Positions 35,033 to 46,400 of a DNA stretch of 64,000 nucleotides are shown here, piece by piece (position 1 is the first letter of the stretch; each line of letters begins with the position of its first letter). The DNA is taken from contig OZ244838.1 of the NCBI GenBank assembly GCA_965220695.1, forward strand, positions 2,530,377-2,594,376. The letters are read 5' to 3'. The notes under the pieces were generated by a model. It was given only the letters and a program-made list of their open reading frames with translations, did no database searches and was not told the origin of the DNA. This DNA comes from Vicinamibacterales bacterium (GTDB lineage Bacteria; Acidobacteriota; Vicinamibacteria; Vicinamibacterales; UBA8438). Made by a program: the position numbers and the translations under genes.

Positions 35033-35437
35033 CGGTCTCTTCTCAGGTAATCACGTGGTACCGGTAGTCTGGCACGGTAACCGTGCAGCACAGTATACGT
35101 GCGATGCCGCTCACACGCAACCCGGGCTCTTATGAGCCAGGCACGGGCGGGGCAGACCCGCGACCCGGTGTTCCGGTTCGTTCGCGACCGGTTGCTCGCC
35201 GGCGACCCGCAGACGGTGCGCGGTTCAGCAGGTGTTCGGTTTCCGCACGCCGCACACGGCGCGGTATCACCTGGAGAAGCTCGTCGCCGAGCGGGCCTGC
35301 CGTCCATGGTCGTACATGTAAGCGAGGTTCGGCAGCATCGCGGCGAACGCGATCCATACGGGAGTCTTCGTGTCCTGCATGGAACAGAAGGGCGGCGACA
35401 CCGTCGTACGGCTGAAGAGGCGCCTGCTGACTTGGCG

Positions 35438-35541
35438 CTAGCAGCCCGTGGTGAAACCCCGCGTAGCACCGAGATCTGGTCGTAACAATGCTGCGCCCGC
35501 TAAGCAAGACCTGTAGGGGCAACCCTTGTGGTTGCCCTGTT
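35438..35541 (+). repeat. Solo copy of the left IR motif plus one REP-like hairpin unit
   Basis: cTAGCAGCCCGTGGTGAAACCCCGCGTAGCACCGAGATC (35438-35476), then gcaagacctgtaGGGGCAACCcttgtGGTTGCCCtgtt (35504-35541). Same sequences as at 15807/15861. Confidence 0.85.
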
Positions 35542-35561
35542 CGTCACCCGGGTCTCGGCGG

Positions 35562-37016
35562 CTAGCGCGGGTCGGCGCTCAGGACCGGCTCCACCAGGAT
35601 CCGGGCGCCCGGCGACGGTTGATCGTCACGGTCGTACACCACCGGTGCAGCACCCCCCCACCAGTTGTGCTGCGCGGTCATCCGGAACCCTGACACGCGT
35701 AGCGCCCCTCGCTCGTTGTCGAGAAACCGGTTGTTGCCGCGGCTTCCCAGGACGCCGCCGCCCAGATCGACGATGACGGCATGGCCGCCTCCGCCCCGGT
35801 CGTTCAGCGTGAACCCGTATCCGGAGGTCCCGATCACGTCGGTGTCCTCCACGAGCAACGTCGTGCTGCCTCCGCTGTCGGGCGCACCCTGCAGGTTCAG
35901 CGAGATGCCGCCGCCCCCCTGCCGTGGATTGCCGCCGATGATTCGGGTGTTCCTGATCACGTATGACAGCCTGGAGTTCCGTCCGGAATTCGAGAACTGA
36001 ATCGGGTCGGTCACGGCGTTCTCAATCACGCTGTCGAGTATCGTCAGCGTCAGCGTGCAGCCCGTGCACCAGTTGGCCTCGTCCGGACGCGGCCGGCCGA
36101 ACATGTACGCCTCGATGCCGGTATTCGACTGGTTGCCTTCCTGGTTGGTGTTGTTGAAACGGTAGTTGCGGACCAGCATGACCTGCTCGGACTGCCCCAT
36201 CAGATACGGAATGATGCTGTCGGAATTGCGCTCGCCGCGACCGATATTGTCCGCCACCGAGTCGAGGATGACGGTCTCCACGCGGCTGCGATCCTGGGTG
36301 CGCACGAAATAGGCCCGCCCACCGAGATCGGAGAACTCGTTGCGCTGGAAGCGGTACCGGCCGCGACTCTCGCCAGACTGGAAGACGCGGATGGCGCCCA
36401 GGTCTTCACCGTCGGCGAAGCTGCTGTCTTCTATCCTGACGCCGTCCCGCATCCCGGTGCTCGCGTCGAGGCTGATCGCATAGACCAGCCCCCGCTCATC
36501 CTCGACATGCGCGGCGGCGTTCCCCGAAAAGGTCGTATGGTGAATGAAGGCGCCGGAATAGTCCGTCCCCGCTCCCGAGATGGCGTGGTTGCCCAGGTCG
36601 ACGAAGTGGATACCGGCCACTTCGTTCCCTCGGGACAGCTCTACCATGACACCGCCCGGCAGCGGCGCGGTGCTGGTGAGGCGCACGCGGCCGGCCGGAT
36701 CCGCAGACATCTCGCCGTCCGATCCGATGCCAATCAGCCGCTGCCCCGGCTTGAGCCGGATTCCGCCGTCCAGCACGCTGTCGCTGGAAAGCAGATAGAT
36801 GGTGTCGCCGGCAGCGGACGCCGCCTCGACGTCCGGCAGCGAGCGGAAGGGCCGGCGGCGGCTGCCGTCGCTATCCGGGCGCGCGTCGGCAGAGACGTAG
36901 TAGACCGCGCCTCCGATCTGATCTGACGGCTGGCCCTGGAAACTGGCCGGGCGCGAGAGAAACATGCACGACACGAGCACGCAGCACACCGTCGTGGACG
37001 AGAGCGACCGCGTCAT
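35562..37016 (-). CDS. Secreted right-handed parallel beta-helix (pectate-lyase-fold) repeat protein
   Basis: Track ORF 35562..37253. ATG 37016 follows AGGAGG. Signal-like MTRSLSSTTVCCVLVSCMFLS. Gly/Asn/Asp-rich periodic repeats typical of beta-helix proteins. Confidence 0.6.
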   Translation of the reverse strand: MTRSLSSTTVCCVLVSCMFLSRPASFQGQPSDQIGGAVYYVSADARPDSDGSRRRPFRSLPDVEAASAAGDTIYLLSSDSVLDGGIRLKPGQRLIGIGSDGEMSADPAGRVRLTSTAPLPGGVMVELSRGNEVAGIHFVDLGNHAISGAGTDYSGAFIHHTTFSGNAAAHVEDERGLVYAISLDASTGMRDGVRIEDSSFADGEDLGAIRVFQSGESRGRYRFQRNEFSDLGGRAYFVRTQDRSRVETVILDSVADNIGRGERNSDSIIPYLMGQSEQVMLVRNYRFNNTNQEGNQSNTGIEAYMFGRPRPDEANWCTGCTLTLTILDSVIENAVTDPIQFSNSGRNSRLSYVIRNTRIIGGNPRQGGGGISLNLQGAPDSGGSTTLLVEDTDVIGTSGYGFTLNDRGGGGHAVIVDLGGGVLGSRGNNRFLDNERGALRVSGFRMTAQHNWWGGAAPVVYDRDDQPSPGARILVEPVLSADPR

Positions 37017-37489
37017 GGCTGTGCCTCCTGGCGATGTTGGCGTCGAGGCGGTGATCCTACGCAGACCGCCGCCGAGAAGCAAGGCGAGCCGGCGGGTGGT
37101 CCCATCCTCCTCGTCATGAGCGATCCGGCCGTTGGGCTCCGACACGTGCCGAACGAATCGCGGCGCTACGCAGGCAACGTCACGGCAACGTCTGGTCGAT
37201 GCTGGCGGGCGACCACGAGCTGTGCTATGTGTATCTGCCAACGGCGCCGTCACAACGACTACTGCGGCGCCACCGACGGGGCGACCATCTGTTCCCGGAA
37301 TCGATCATCGCGGTCGACATCGGCGGGGGTCTGCGCCTGGCGGCATTCGCGTTGGTGGAACGATCGACTCGATGCCGTTTGAGCGGCCGGCTGTGACGAC
37401 CAGGAGAGGTTGTGCGCAGCAGGGACCGTCGGGCACGCCACCCGGGAACTTCATGACGAGGGCCTCGAGGCCCGCTGAAAGGTAGAGAC

Positions 37490-38422
37490 ATGCGACGTCT
37501 GGCGCTACCGCCGCTCACTGCCCTCGCGCTCGGGCTGGTCGTCTGGACCGCCAACCTCAACGCGCTGCAGGAGCCGCACCCGCCGATCGAGGTGCACCGG
37601 ATCACCGACAAGCTGCACATGCTCGGGTCGGGATCGACGACCGGCGGCAACATCGCCCTGTTCATCGCCGAGCGCGGCGTGGTGCTGGTGGATACCAAGA
37701 ACGAAGGCTACGGCCCGGACATCCTCGAACACGTGCAACGGCTCACCGACAAGCCGGTGACGACCATCATCAACTCGCACGTCCACTACGACCACAGCGG
37801 CGCCAACACCGAGTTTCCCGAAACCGTGCACTTCGTGGCGCACGAGAACATCAGACGCCACATGGCGCGCACCGACTGTCAGCCGATACCGACCAACTGC
37901 GACGATTTCCAGGGCGAGAACGCGAAGTACCTGCCGTCGACCACCTTCTCGGACCGGTTGACGCTGTTCGCCGGTGGCCCCGACCAGATCGATCTCTATT
38001 ATTTCGGTCGCGGCCATACCGACGGCGACACCTTCATCGTGTTCAAGGCGGCGCGGACCATGCACACCGGCGACATGTTCCTGGGCAAGCTGCTTCCGTT
38101 CATCGACGCCGAGAACGGCAACGGCGGCAGCGCCATCGAGTTCGGGAGGACCCTGACCCGGCTCATCAGCACCGTGCAGGATGTCGATACCATCATCACC
38201 GGCCACTGGGATACCCCGCTCGCCTGGAGCGACCTGGTGGATTACCGGGCGTTCTACATGGATCTGTACGACCAGACCCGTCGGGGCATCGACGCGGGGC
38301 TCAGCGCCGACGAGATGATTGCCGCGTACACCAAGCCGGCGCGGTTCAGCGACTACACGGCGGCCCCACAGGGCACGTTCAGCGTGGCGGCCATCGTGAA
38401 CTACATCTACGAAGGACGCTGA
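37490..38422 (+). CDS. Secreted MBL-fold metallo-hydrolase
   Basis: Signal peptide. HVHYDHSGAN (HxHxDH) and GHTDGD motifs. Confidence 0.8.
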   Translation: MRRLALPPLTALALGLVVWTANLNALQEPHPPIEVHRITDKLHMLGSGSTTGGNIALFIAERGVVLVDTKNEGYGPDILEHVQRLTDKPVTTIINSHVHYDHSGANTEFPETVHFVAHENIRRHMARTDCQPIPTNCDDFQGENAKYLPSTTFSDRLTLFAGGPDQIDLYYFGRGHTDGDTFIVFKAARTMHTGDMFLGKLLPFIDAENGNGGSAIEFGRTLTRLISTVQDVDTIITGHWDTPLAWSDLVDYRAFYMDLYDQTRRGIDAGLSADEMIAAYTKPARFSDYTAAPQGTFSVAAIVNYIYEGR

Positions 38423-38637
38423 TTCGAAACGGGCGGCGCCGCCTGAGATCGCATTCCGTATCGCTCCTCGCACCGTCAACAGCCGGCTTCGTCTTCGCGC
38501 CGCCGCGCTGGTGCCCGGCGGGGATGGTGGACGGCCGGCAGTCCGACCGGCAGTTCCGCCGGGCGTTTGACGTGGGAAGCCCGGAGACGGATGACGATGG
38601 GCGACGAACGAGCCGGAACGGGTACGCGGGTACGCCG

Positions 38638-39498
38638 ATGACAGCGCGCATGCGGGGCAAGGTCTGTCTGGTGACGGGCGCCAATGCAGGTATCGGGAAG
38701 GCGGCCGCGCTCGGTCTTGCGCGGCAGGGCGCAACGGTCGTGCTCCTGTGCCGTAGCGAGCCCCGCGGTCAGGAGGCGTTGGAGGAAATCGAACGGCGCT
38801 CCGGGAACGGCTCCCTCGCGCTGCTCGTCGCTGATCTCGCGTCCCGGCGGCGGGTCCGCGCAGCGGCGGATGAATACCTGCAACGGTTCGAGCGCCTTGA
38901 CGTGCTGGTGAACAATGCGGGTGTGCTCGCGGGACGCGAGCGTCAAGTGAACGAGGACGGGCTGGAAGTGACGTTTGCGGTGAATCACCTGGCGCCGTTT
39001 CTGCTCACCAATCTGCTGCTCGATCGCCTCAAGGCCTGCGCCCCGGCGCGCATCGTCACGGTCGCATCCAGCGCGCACCGGCGAACCCCGCTCGACTTCG
39101 ACAATCTGCAGCACGAGCGCGACTATTCTCCCTGGCGTGCCTACTGCCGGTCGAAACTGGCGAATGTGTACTTCACCTATGAGCTGGCGCGCCGCCTCGA
39201 GGGAACCGGAGTGACGGCCAATTGTCTGCACCCGGGGTTGGTCTCCACCCATTTGTTCCGCGACCTGACCGGGTGGCTGCGCGCGGCGCTCTGGCTTTCT
39301 GGCCCGATGCTGTTGAATCCGGACCGGGGCGCCGATACCACGGTCTATCTCGCCGGCGCGCCCGAGGCGGCGGACGTGACGGGGCAGTATTTCGAGAAGC
39401 GGAAACCGGTTCGGTCGTCGCCCGACTCCTACGAGACGGACGCGGCGCGCCGGCTCTGGGAGGTCAGCGCAGCGTTGACGGCTTCAGGCGAACCCTAG
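38638..39498 (+). CDS. SDR-family oxidoreductase (retinol-dehydrogenase-like)
   Basis: Track ORF 38524..39498. ATG 38638. GKVCLVTGANAGIGKA (TGxxxGxG), NNAG, YCRSK (YxxxK). Confidence 0.85.
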   Translation: MTARMRGKVCLVTGANAGIGKAAALGLARQGATVVLLCRSEPRGQEALEEIERRSGNGSLALLVADLASRRRVRAAADEYLQRFERLDVLVNNAGVLAGRERQVNEDGLEVTFAVNHLAPFLLTNLLLDRLKACAPARIVTVASSAHRRTPLDFDNLQHERDYSPWRAYCRSKLANVYFTYELARRLEGTGVTANCLHPGLVSTHLFRDLTGWLRAALWLSGPMLLNPDRGADTTVYLAGAPEAADVTGQYFEKRKPVRSSPDSYETDAARRLWEVSAALTASGEP

Positions 39499-40075
39499 CA
39501 GCCCGCCTCCCCGTCTTGCCGCGGCTTCGCCACCGGCACGGCCATCCCGCTCGCGGCAGCATCGGGTCGGACGCCTTCGATGGGGAGCCGCATTCTGGCA
39601 ACGGTCGTCGAGCGAAATCGGCCGGCAAAGCATCCGCAGGGTCGGCGGGGGGCGCAGGCACCGACACGGCCATTCGAGATTCCGAACGCGCCCGCGTGCA
39701 ACGTTCGTGTTCGTCGAACCGGAGGAGGCAACGCAGAGCGCCCTACGGACCTGGGGCGTGCAGCATGCGGGGTTGTGGGCCGCTCTGCTGGCGGCAGGGC
39801 GCGCTGTCGATAGCGAAGCCGATGATCGCGTGGCTGTCTCCGAGGGTGCCGGAATGAGCCCGTTGCCCGCTCATCCGAAGGGGGCGTTGGCCGGCAAACC
39901 GGATGCGCGATGGACGCTCGCCACCGACGCCGCATCATGGCTTGATCGGTGCGGCGACTCGACGATGCCGGCGGCCCGAAGAATCGGAGGTACAATTGCC
40001 GCCGATGGCCGTGGCGTCAACTGGGTTCTCGGACGAAACCGCGTGACCAAGCGTGGCCAGCCAGGTGGTCTGAAT

Positions 40076-40351
40076 ATGCGAGAACGACGTGTCGGCATTC
40101 GCGATCTCAAGTCCAAGCTGAGCGAGTACATCCGGGACGTGCAGGCCGGGGCCACTATTGTCGTCACGGATCACGGACGTCAAGTGGCGCGCATAGTCCC
40201 CGAGACGGACTCCAACGAACAGCGGCTCGCAGCGTTGAGGGCGACCGGTGCGTTTCTGTGGAGTGGACGCCGGCTGCGCGTGACGAAACCAGATGTTCGC
40301 GTGCGAGGCATTGGCAGCGTGAGTGAGATTGCCATCGAGAACCGCGGGTGA
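40076..40351 (+). CDS. Phd/YefM-type antitoxin
   Basis: MRERRVGIRDLKSKLSEYIRDVQAGATIVVTDHGRQVARIVP. Its stop overlaps the following PIN toxin start (GTGA). Confidence 0.75.
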   Translation: MRERRVGIRDLKSKLSEYIRDVQAGATIVVTDHGRQVARIVPETDSNEQRLAALRATGAFLWSGRRLRVTKPDVRVRGIGSVSEIAIENRG

Positions 40352-40788
40352 CCTTCCTGTATCTCGACACCAGTGGACTCGTAAAGCGCTACGTGGCGGA
40401 AGCGGGTTCCGACGAGGTCATCGCCGCGATGGCAAGGGCGGACGCAGTCGTAACGTCACTCGTCACGCGCACCGAAGTGTCGGCCGCGATTGCCAAGGCC
40501 GTCCGTCGCCGCGTCCTTGATGACGACGGTGGGCGGCGCGCACACCGCAGATTTCTGGACGAGTGGCCGGATTTCTGGAGAATGCCTGTCACTGACGCGC
40601 TCGTGGCGCGTGCCGACACCTTGGCTTGGGACCACGGGCTGCGGGCGTACGATGCGATTCAACTTGCCGCTGCGCTCACGTGCAGGGAGACGATCGCCAC
40701 TCTCGGCGCGCATGCGCTGTTCGCCACGTTCGACCGTCAGCTTCGTGACGCTGCTCTGGCGGCCGGACTGGACACGTGGCCGGAGTGA
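40348..40788 (+). CDS. vapC: PIN-domain toxin VapC
   Basis: MTFLYLDTSGLVKRYVAEAGSDEV..., AYDAIQLAAAL, FATFDRQL. Typical PIN acidic residues. Confidence 0.8.
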   Translation: MTFLYLDTSGLVKRYVAEAGSDEVIAAMARADAVVTSLVTRTEVSAAIAKAVRRRVLDDDGGRRAHRRFLDEWPDFWRMPVTDALVARADTLAWDHGLRAYDAIQLAAALTCRETIATLGAHALFATFDRQLRDAALAAGLDTWPE

Positions 40789-40941
40789 ACGGCTCGAAGC
40801 CATTCCGCGTCGGCCGCGCGTTTATCGAGCCCGACCGCGGGCTCCCGATGTGGTTCTGGAATGATCGATGCGGATGACGGCGGTAATCGCCACGCTGCGC
40901 TCGTGGGTGAAATGTCTCTGGCCTTTCGCACTTGCTACCGG

Positions 40942-41247
40942 CTACGAGCGGCGCCTTGTTTCGAACAACACCGATGGACTCAATGGCGCTCCATAGAGAC
41001 TCGATAGAGACTCGATGGAATTCTGAACGTCGAGGTCGTCGGCGTCGATTGACAGCGCTTCGAGCGGCGTGAGCGTTGTACTCACGAAGCGCAGCCGCGG
41101 GCCGAACTCGGCCCGCGGAACCAAAACCGACCCTCGGGATCCTACGCCCCAGGCCCTCAACGTGTCGTATAGGGCCTCCACGAAAACAGGATCCTCCGCC
41201 GCAGCAGCCACAGCCGCATGCTGGCGTCGAAGTGCGATTGCATTCAC
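40942..41247 (-). pseudogene. Remnant of an unknown gene disrupted by an 11-bp tandem duplication
   Basis: atagagactcg occurs twice (40993-41003, 41004-41014). Removing one copy joins ...DVQNSIESL to WSAIESIGVVRNKAPLVAGSK..., which is read in another frame of the track (ORF 40676..41254). Confidence 0.35.
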
Positions 41248-41409
41248 GTGGCACGCCAGCTGCTCGTGCCTCGTAAACGGACCGTGGTCGACGAAGTGGT
41301 CGAGCCAGCGGGGAAACTTGGCAACAAGAAACGGCAGGAGCGCGATCTATTGGGGTTTTCGCGGATCTGTATACGGACTCTACGACCGCCAGCGTGTCCG
41401 ACGATCGGT

Positions 41410-42615
41410 TTACTGGATTACGGAATCGCGTTCGACGTAGGCCATTTCCATCGGGAGCCCGAGTTCATCCCGCGGTGGCCGGGACGGCAGGGTCCGGATT
41501 TCGGCGTCGTCAGCCGCCGCCGTCACCGCGGCGATCATCGCGTCCAAGATGTCGTCCCGAGCGACGCTCCGGGGGCGCCGTTCCAGCATTCCCTCAGTTT
41601 CCCGCGCGGCCGAGGGATGGACCCGCTTCAGCACCCCGATGCGTTCCTGGAATCCCTGCTCGTGCTTCTTGCCGTGCTGCATCGGCCTGCGTCCCGCCAA
41701 CGCCCAGAAGCAGAGTTCCGGATGGACCTCACGGACGATCCGACGAGCCTTGGCGTCATCGCGGAGCAGGCGATCGACCTCCCTGCACTTGGGAACGATG
41801 GCCCACGCCTGCTTGCTGAGACTCTTGCCCGTCGCCTCCCGACTGCGCCGCTTGGCGTCCTCGTAGTCAACGGCGTCCAGGACGGCCCGCGCCGGCGCGG
41901 GAAACACGCTGCTGGCGCGGGGGCCAAGCGTGCGGCGGGCGAGTTGGTCGCACTCCCGCCCACCAGGTCCGTCCGGCAGTCCTATGGGAATATCGATGAA
42001 GAGGCGAGCGGGTTCGCGTGCGTCGCGCACCAGGTCCTGAACAGCCCGCACGACTCCGCAATGCGTGGTTCCGGCCGGCTCCAGCGCAACGTAGAACCAA
42101 CCCGCCGAGCACCCGTCGACGCCGATCGCCAGGGCCGGCGCGGTTTGGCCGTCGGGCGACCGCGGCTCGCCGTTCTGCGGCTCGACGGTCTCCGCGAGCC
42201 ACCGCTCGACGTGGGCGGCGAACTCCTCGAAGTCGTCGAGCGAACCCGTCAGTATTCCGGCGATCAGCTCGAGGTCGACGTCGAGATAGCCGTGCACGAG
42301 GACGTTGCGGAAGCCTGCGACCCCACGGAAACGCGCGCCGAACTGCGCCGGCAGCACCTTGGCCTCGACGAGGCAGTCGATGGACGAGCCGTAACTCGTC
42401 GGGTCGAACCCGGCGGCGGCGCTGAGATAGCTCGCAACTTCGAGGGTGTTCTGCGCGCACAGTTGAAGGCCGCGCTCGATCGTCCATCGCCGGTCGGAGT
42501 CGGCGCGGAGCGAGAGCGCCGAAACGCCCGCGTGCCGGCGCAAGGCCGCGAGCGCCCGCCGCAGCGCGGCGAGATGCCGGTCCACCACCCGCCGGTCGGC
42601 CCGGCCCGGGGTCAC
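41410..42615 (-). CDS. hepT: HepT (DUF86, HEPN RNase toxin) fused to a DUF429 (RNase-H-like) domain
   Basis: The N-terminal ~140 aa carry the R-x4-H HEPN motif (GFRNVLVHGY). The C-terminal ~250 aa begin AIGVDGCSAGWFYVAL..LFIDIPIGLP, typical of DUF429. The GTG start overlaps the mntA stop. Confidence 0.65.
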   Translation of the reverse strand: MTPGRADRRVVDRHLAALRRALAALRRHAGVSALSLRADSDRRWTIERGLQLCAQNTLEVASYLSAAAGFDPTSYGSSIDCLVEAKVLPAQFGARFRGVAGFRNVLVHGYLDVDLELIAGILTGSLDDFEEFAAHVERWLAETVEPQNGEPRSPDGQTAPALAIGVDGCSAGWFYVALEPAGTTHCGVVRAVQDLVRDAREPARLFIDIPIGLPDGPGGRECDQLARRTLGPRASSVFPAPARAVLDAVDYEDAKRRSREATGKSLSKQAWAIVPKCREVDRLLRDDAKARRIVREVHPELCFWALAGRRPMQHGKKHEQGFQERIGVLKRVHPSAARETEGMLERRPRSVARDDILDAMIAAVTAAADDAEIRTLPSRPPRDELGLPMEMAYVERDSVIQ

Positions 42616-43058
42616 CGTTTATCTCCGCCGGCTGCGAACCGCCGCGCGGCGTCCATCTTCTCCATCTGCGGCAGGAAATCGAAGTACCGCGAGAGTGCCC
42701 GGCCCGTGCGAATCGTCGTTGCCCGCAGGTCGCGGGAGAGCAGGCGAACGCCGTCCCGCAGCACCCGGTGATAGAGCAGGATCGGCGCCCGGTTGAGCAC
42801 GACGACGTCGATCGCGTTGGTCCCGAGCGCGGCCATGAGGTGCGCCGTCAGGTCCGCCTGATAGCCGAAGAGGCCGGCCTCGGCGCGTGCATCGTCGACG
42901 TAGACCGCGACGTCGACATCGCTATCCCGATGCGCGTCGCCGCGCCCCCGGGAACCAAAAAGATAGGCCTCGAGGATCTCCGCCCGCGGCTTCAGCGCCC
43001 GCGCCAAACGCTCTGCGAGCGCCTGGTCGGCCGGCTCGCATTCCATGTATCGCATCAT
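42612..43058 (-). CDS. mntA: MntA-type nucleotidyltransferase antitoxin
   Basis: Track ORF 42612..43148. The internal ATG gives MMRYMECEP.... LFGSRGRGDAHRDSDVDVAVYV (GSxxRG..DxD minimal NTase motif). Confidence 0.75.
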   Translation of the reverse strand: MMRYMECEPADQALAERLARALKPRAEILEAYLFGSRGRGDAHRDSDVDVAVYVDDARAEAGLFGYQADLTAHLMAALGTNAIDVVVLNRAPILLYHRVLRDGVRLLSRDLRATTIRTGRALSRYFDFLPQMEKMDAARRFAAGGDKR

Positions 43059-43454
43059 GTGCCATCGAGTCCAACGGAGCAAGTGGCCGGCCCTGGACGC
43101 GACGCCGACACTGCGAGCGGTGGCCGACCTCGATGTCGAACGCCGCACGCGTGGTTAGTCTCCTCGGCCGCGAGTACTCTTGAGAATCGGCTTGACGCGA
43201 CCTCCGCCTGGGTCTCATAGTATGCAGAACGCCTACGGTCGTTCGTCGGTCCACTAACCAGAGCGAGGAGGGCGCCGGTGTCCGTTCGTTCCGCCGTTGC
43301 TGGTCCCGTTCCAACCGCTGCTTTTGCGGCTCCTCACCCGGACCTCGCCTCGGCCTCTCCCTCTGACAGGCCGAGAAGGTCTTCACACCTCGCATAGAAT
43401 CGTGACGCCCTCAAGGACATCGCATTGACGTTTGGGAAAGCGAAGGAGGTACAC

Positions 43455-46400
43455 ATGAAGTCGCGCGTCTTCGGCGTATTCGGTCTTTCCTTGCTACTGC
43501 TCGTTCCGTCGGCAGCGCTGGCTCAGGATAGCGGCATTGCGGGCGGCGTCAACGACTCCACCGGCGGTGCCCTGCCAGGCGTCACGGTCGAGGTCGCCAG
43601 CCCGGTGATGATCGAGGGGTCTCGTGCGGCCGTCACCGATGGCCAGGGCCGCTATGCGGTGACCCTTCTACGCCCTGGCACCTATACGGTGACATTTACA
43701 CTGCCGGGTTTCTCCACGGTGATCCGCGAAGGGATCGAGCTCCAGGCGGCGTTCACCGCAAATGTCGACGTCCAGCTCAGCGTGGGGGCGGTCGAAGAGA
43801 CCGTCACGGTCTCGGGTGCGTCGCCGACCATCGACATCCAGCGAGTGCAGCAGCGTCAGGTTGTGACCAATGAGGTGATCGATGCGCTACCGATGAACAA
43901 GGATTGGGCGCAGATCGGGGCCCTGACGGTTGGCATCACACCGACGACCCAAGATGTGGGCGGGGCCCGCCAGGGCAACCACTCGTATCTCTCTGCGCAC
44001 GGCAGTGATGCTCGAGACGGGATGCGCCGGATGGACGGAATGGCCATGGGCATGCTGTCGTGTGGCTACTCCTGCACAGTGCTGCTGGCGAACGACTCCA
44101 ACACGGAAGAGCTGTCCTACGAGGTCGGCGCGATTTCGGCCGAGGTGTCGATCGGCGGCGTCACGGTGAACATCATTCCCAAGGAGGGCGGGAACGTCTT
44201 CAGTGGGGACGCGTTCGGCAACTTCTCGAACAGCTCGATGCAGGGGAACAACCTGAGTGAGGAGTTGCTCGCATCCGGTCTCCGGAAGCCAGACGGCATC
44301 GAGGACATTTGGGACACCCACCTGACGCTCGGCGGGCCGATCCTCCAAGATAAGCTCTGGTTCCACGGGTCCTATCGCTACTGGGGCATCAGCTTGTCCC
44401 CGGCCGACACCTTCCATGACGTCGATCCACTCGACTACGTCTACGAGCCCGACCTCACGCGGCCCGGGTTCGGCGAGCTCAAGATCCACAGCGCCAGCCT
44501 GCGGTTGACGTATCAGGCGAACCAGAGGAACAAGTTCTCCGCTTACTACAACACCCAGCCAAAGCGCAGTCCGATGGGGAACCCGACGGCCCTTCGGACG
44601 CCGGAGTCGCAGCATGACCAACGCAATCCGGTGAACTACCACGCGACGACCACCTGGACCAATACGCTGAGCAGCCGGATCCTCATCGAGGCCGGCGCGT
44701 CGGTGCAGACGACAACCGCGACGACGGATCCGCAGGTGGGCGCCCCGCCGATCCACGCCGCCCGGGAGTTGACCACCGGTGTACGGTTCCGCGCGCGCGG
44801 CGTACATAACCGCTGGAACGAAGTCCACCGCTCCTACAAGGGCGCGGTGTCGTATGTCACCGGGTCGCACTCGCTCAAGGCCGGCTTTACCCTCGACGAA
44901 GGCCGCTGGGCCCGCGGCTCGCAAACCTTTGCGCCGACCGACAGCGAGCTGCTCCTGTTCAACGGCTCGCCCGTGGCCATCATCGCACATGCCACGCCGT
45001 ACACGGTGAACGTCGACCTGAAGGCCGACCTCGGGTTCTACGTGCAGGACACCTGGACGATCGACCGGATGACGCTGAACCTGGGTGTGCGGTGGGACTA
45101 TCTCCGCCAGGATGTTCCCGAGCAGGACACGTCGGCGTTCGCGAATCAACCGTTCGGGTCGAACCCGCCCGGCACCTGGGCGCCGAGCCGCCACTACGAC
45201 GCCATTCCGAAAGCCGCGAACTGGACCGACCTCGGCCCGCGCCTCGGCGTCGCGTATGATGTCTTTGGCGACGGGCGGACCGCCATCAAGGGGTCGGTCA
45301 GCCGGTATCTGCGGGTGGACACGATCGGGCTGTCGGCCAATCTGAACCCGGTCAACTCGTCGGTCAACGCGACCACCCGGAGTTGGCGGGATACGAACGG
45401 TGATTTCTTCCCCGACGAGAACGAGCTGGGGCCGTTCGACAACGCGTCGTTCGGGCAGACGATCATCCGGACGACCTTCGACGACGACGTCCGCAGCGGG
45501 TTTGGTAACCGTCGCAACAACTGGGAGTATTCGATTGGGATCGAGCAGGAGATCCTGCCGCGGACGTCGGCCGAGGTGTCGTTCTGGCGGCGCGTCCAAG
45601 GCAACTTCTCGGTGGTCGACAACATCCTTGTCGACCCGGGCGATTTCGACGAATACTGTGTCACGGCGCCGGTCGACCCGCGGCTGCCCGACGGCGGCGG
45701 GAACGAGATTTGCGGACTCTATGATGTGTCGCCGGACAAGTTTGGCCAGGTGCAGAACGAGGTCATACTGGCGGACCAGCTTGGTGCCTCGATGGATCAG
45801 GTGTTCGACGGCATCGACTTCAGCATCAACTCGCGGGTCAGCGGGGACCTGTTTTTCTACGGTGGAGTCAGCGTGGGCCGCAGCCGGTTCAATGATTGCA
45901 ACGCGCGGGTCGACAGTCCGAGCGTGGTGCCGGTCGCCGTGCAGTCCGGCGGGGCCGGGTCGGGCGGAGGTTGGGATGTCAGAGACAGGGACAACCCCGA
46001 CCTGCGGCTGCCGGTTGGACATCACTGCGACGTCAATCCGCCGTTCTTCCAGCCCACATGGAAGCTGAGCGGGGCCTACACGCTGCCCTATGACATTCAG
46101 TTGGCAGCGTTCTTCCAGAACCTGCCGGGCGTCCCGATCCTGGGAACGTGGAACGTGCCGAACGCCCTGATCGAGCCGTCGTTGGGGCGACCCCTGGCGG
46201 GTGGGGCGAGAACCGCGACCGTCGAGTTGGTCGAGCCTGGCACGCTGTACGCCGACCGCATCACGCAGATGGACCTTCGCGTGGCGAAGATCATCTCGCT
46301 GGGTGGCGCCAGGCGACTCAAGGTGATGCTCGACGCCTACAACCTGTTCAACGGCACCGGGACGACCGGCATCAACAACCGTTACGGGTCGCGATGGCAG

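Noticed and set aside
39495-39505. CTAGCAGCC motif at the stop codons of the SDR gene (39496) and the OPT gene (59850) as further copies of the IR element
   Set aside because: Only about 9-11 nt match and the remainder of the IR is absent, so the match is too short to distinguish from chance. Only 35438 and 57811 extend far enough to be listed.
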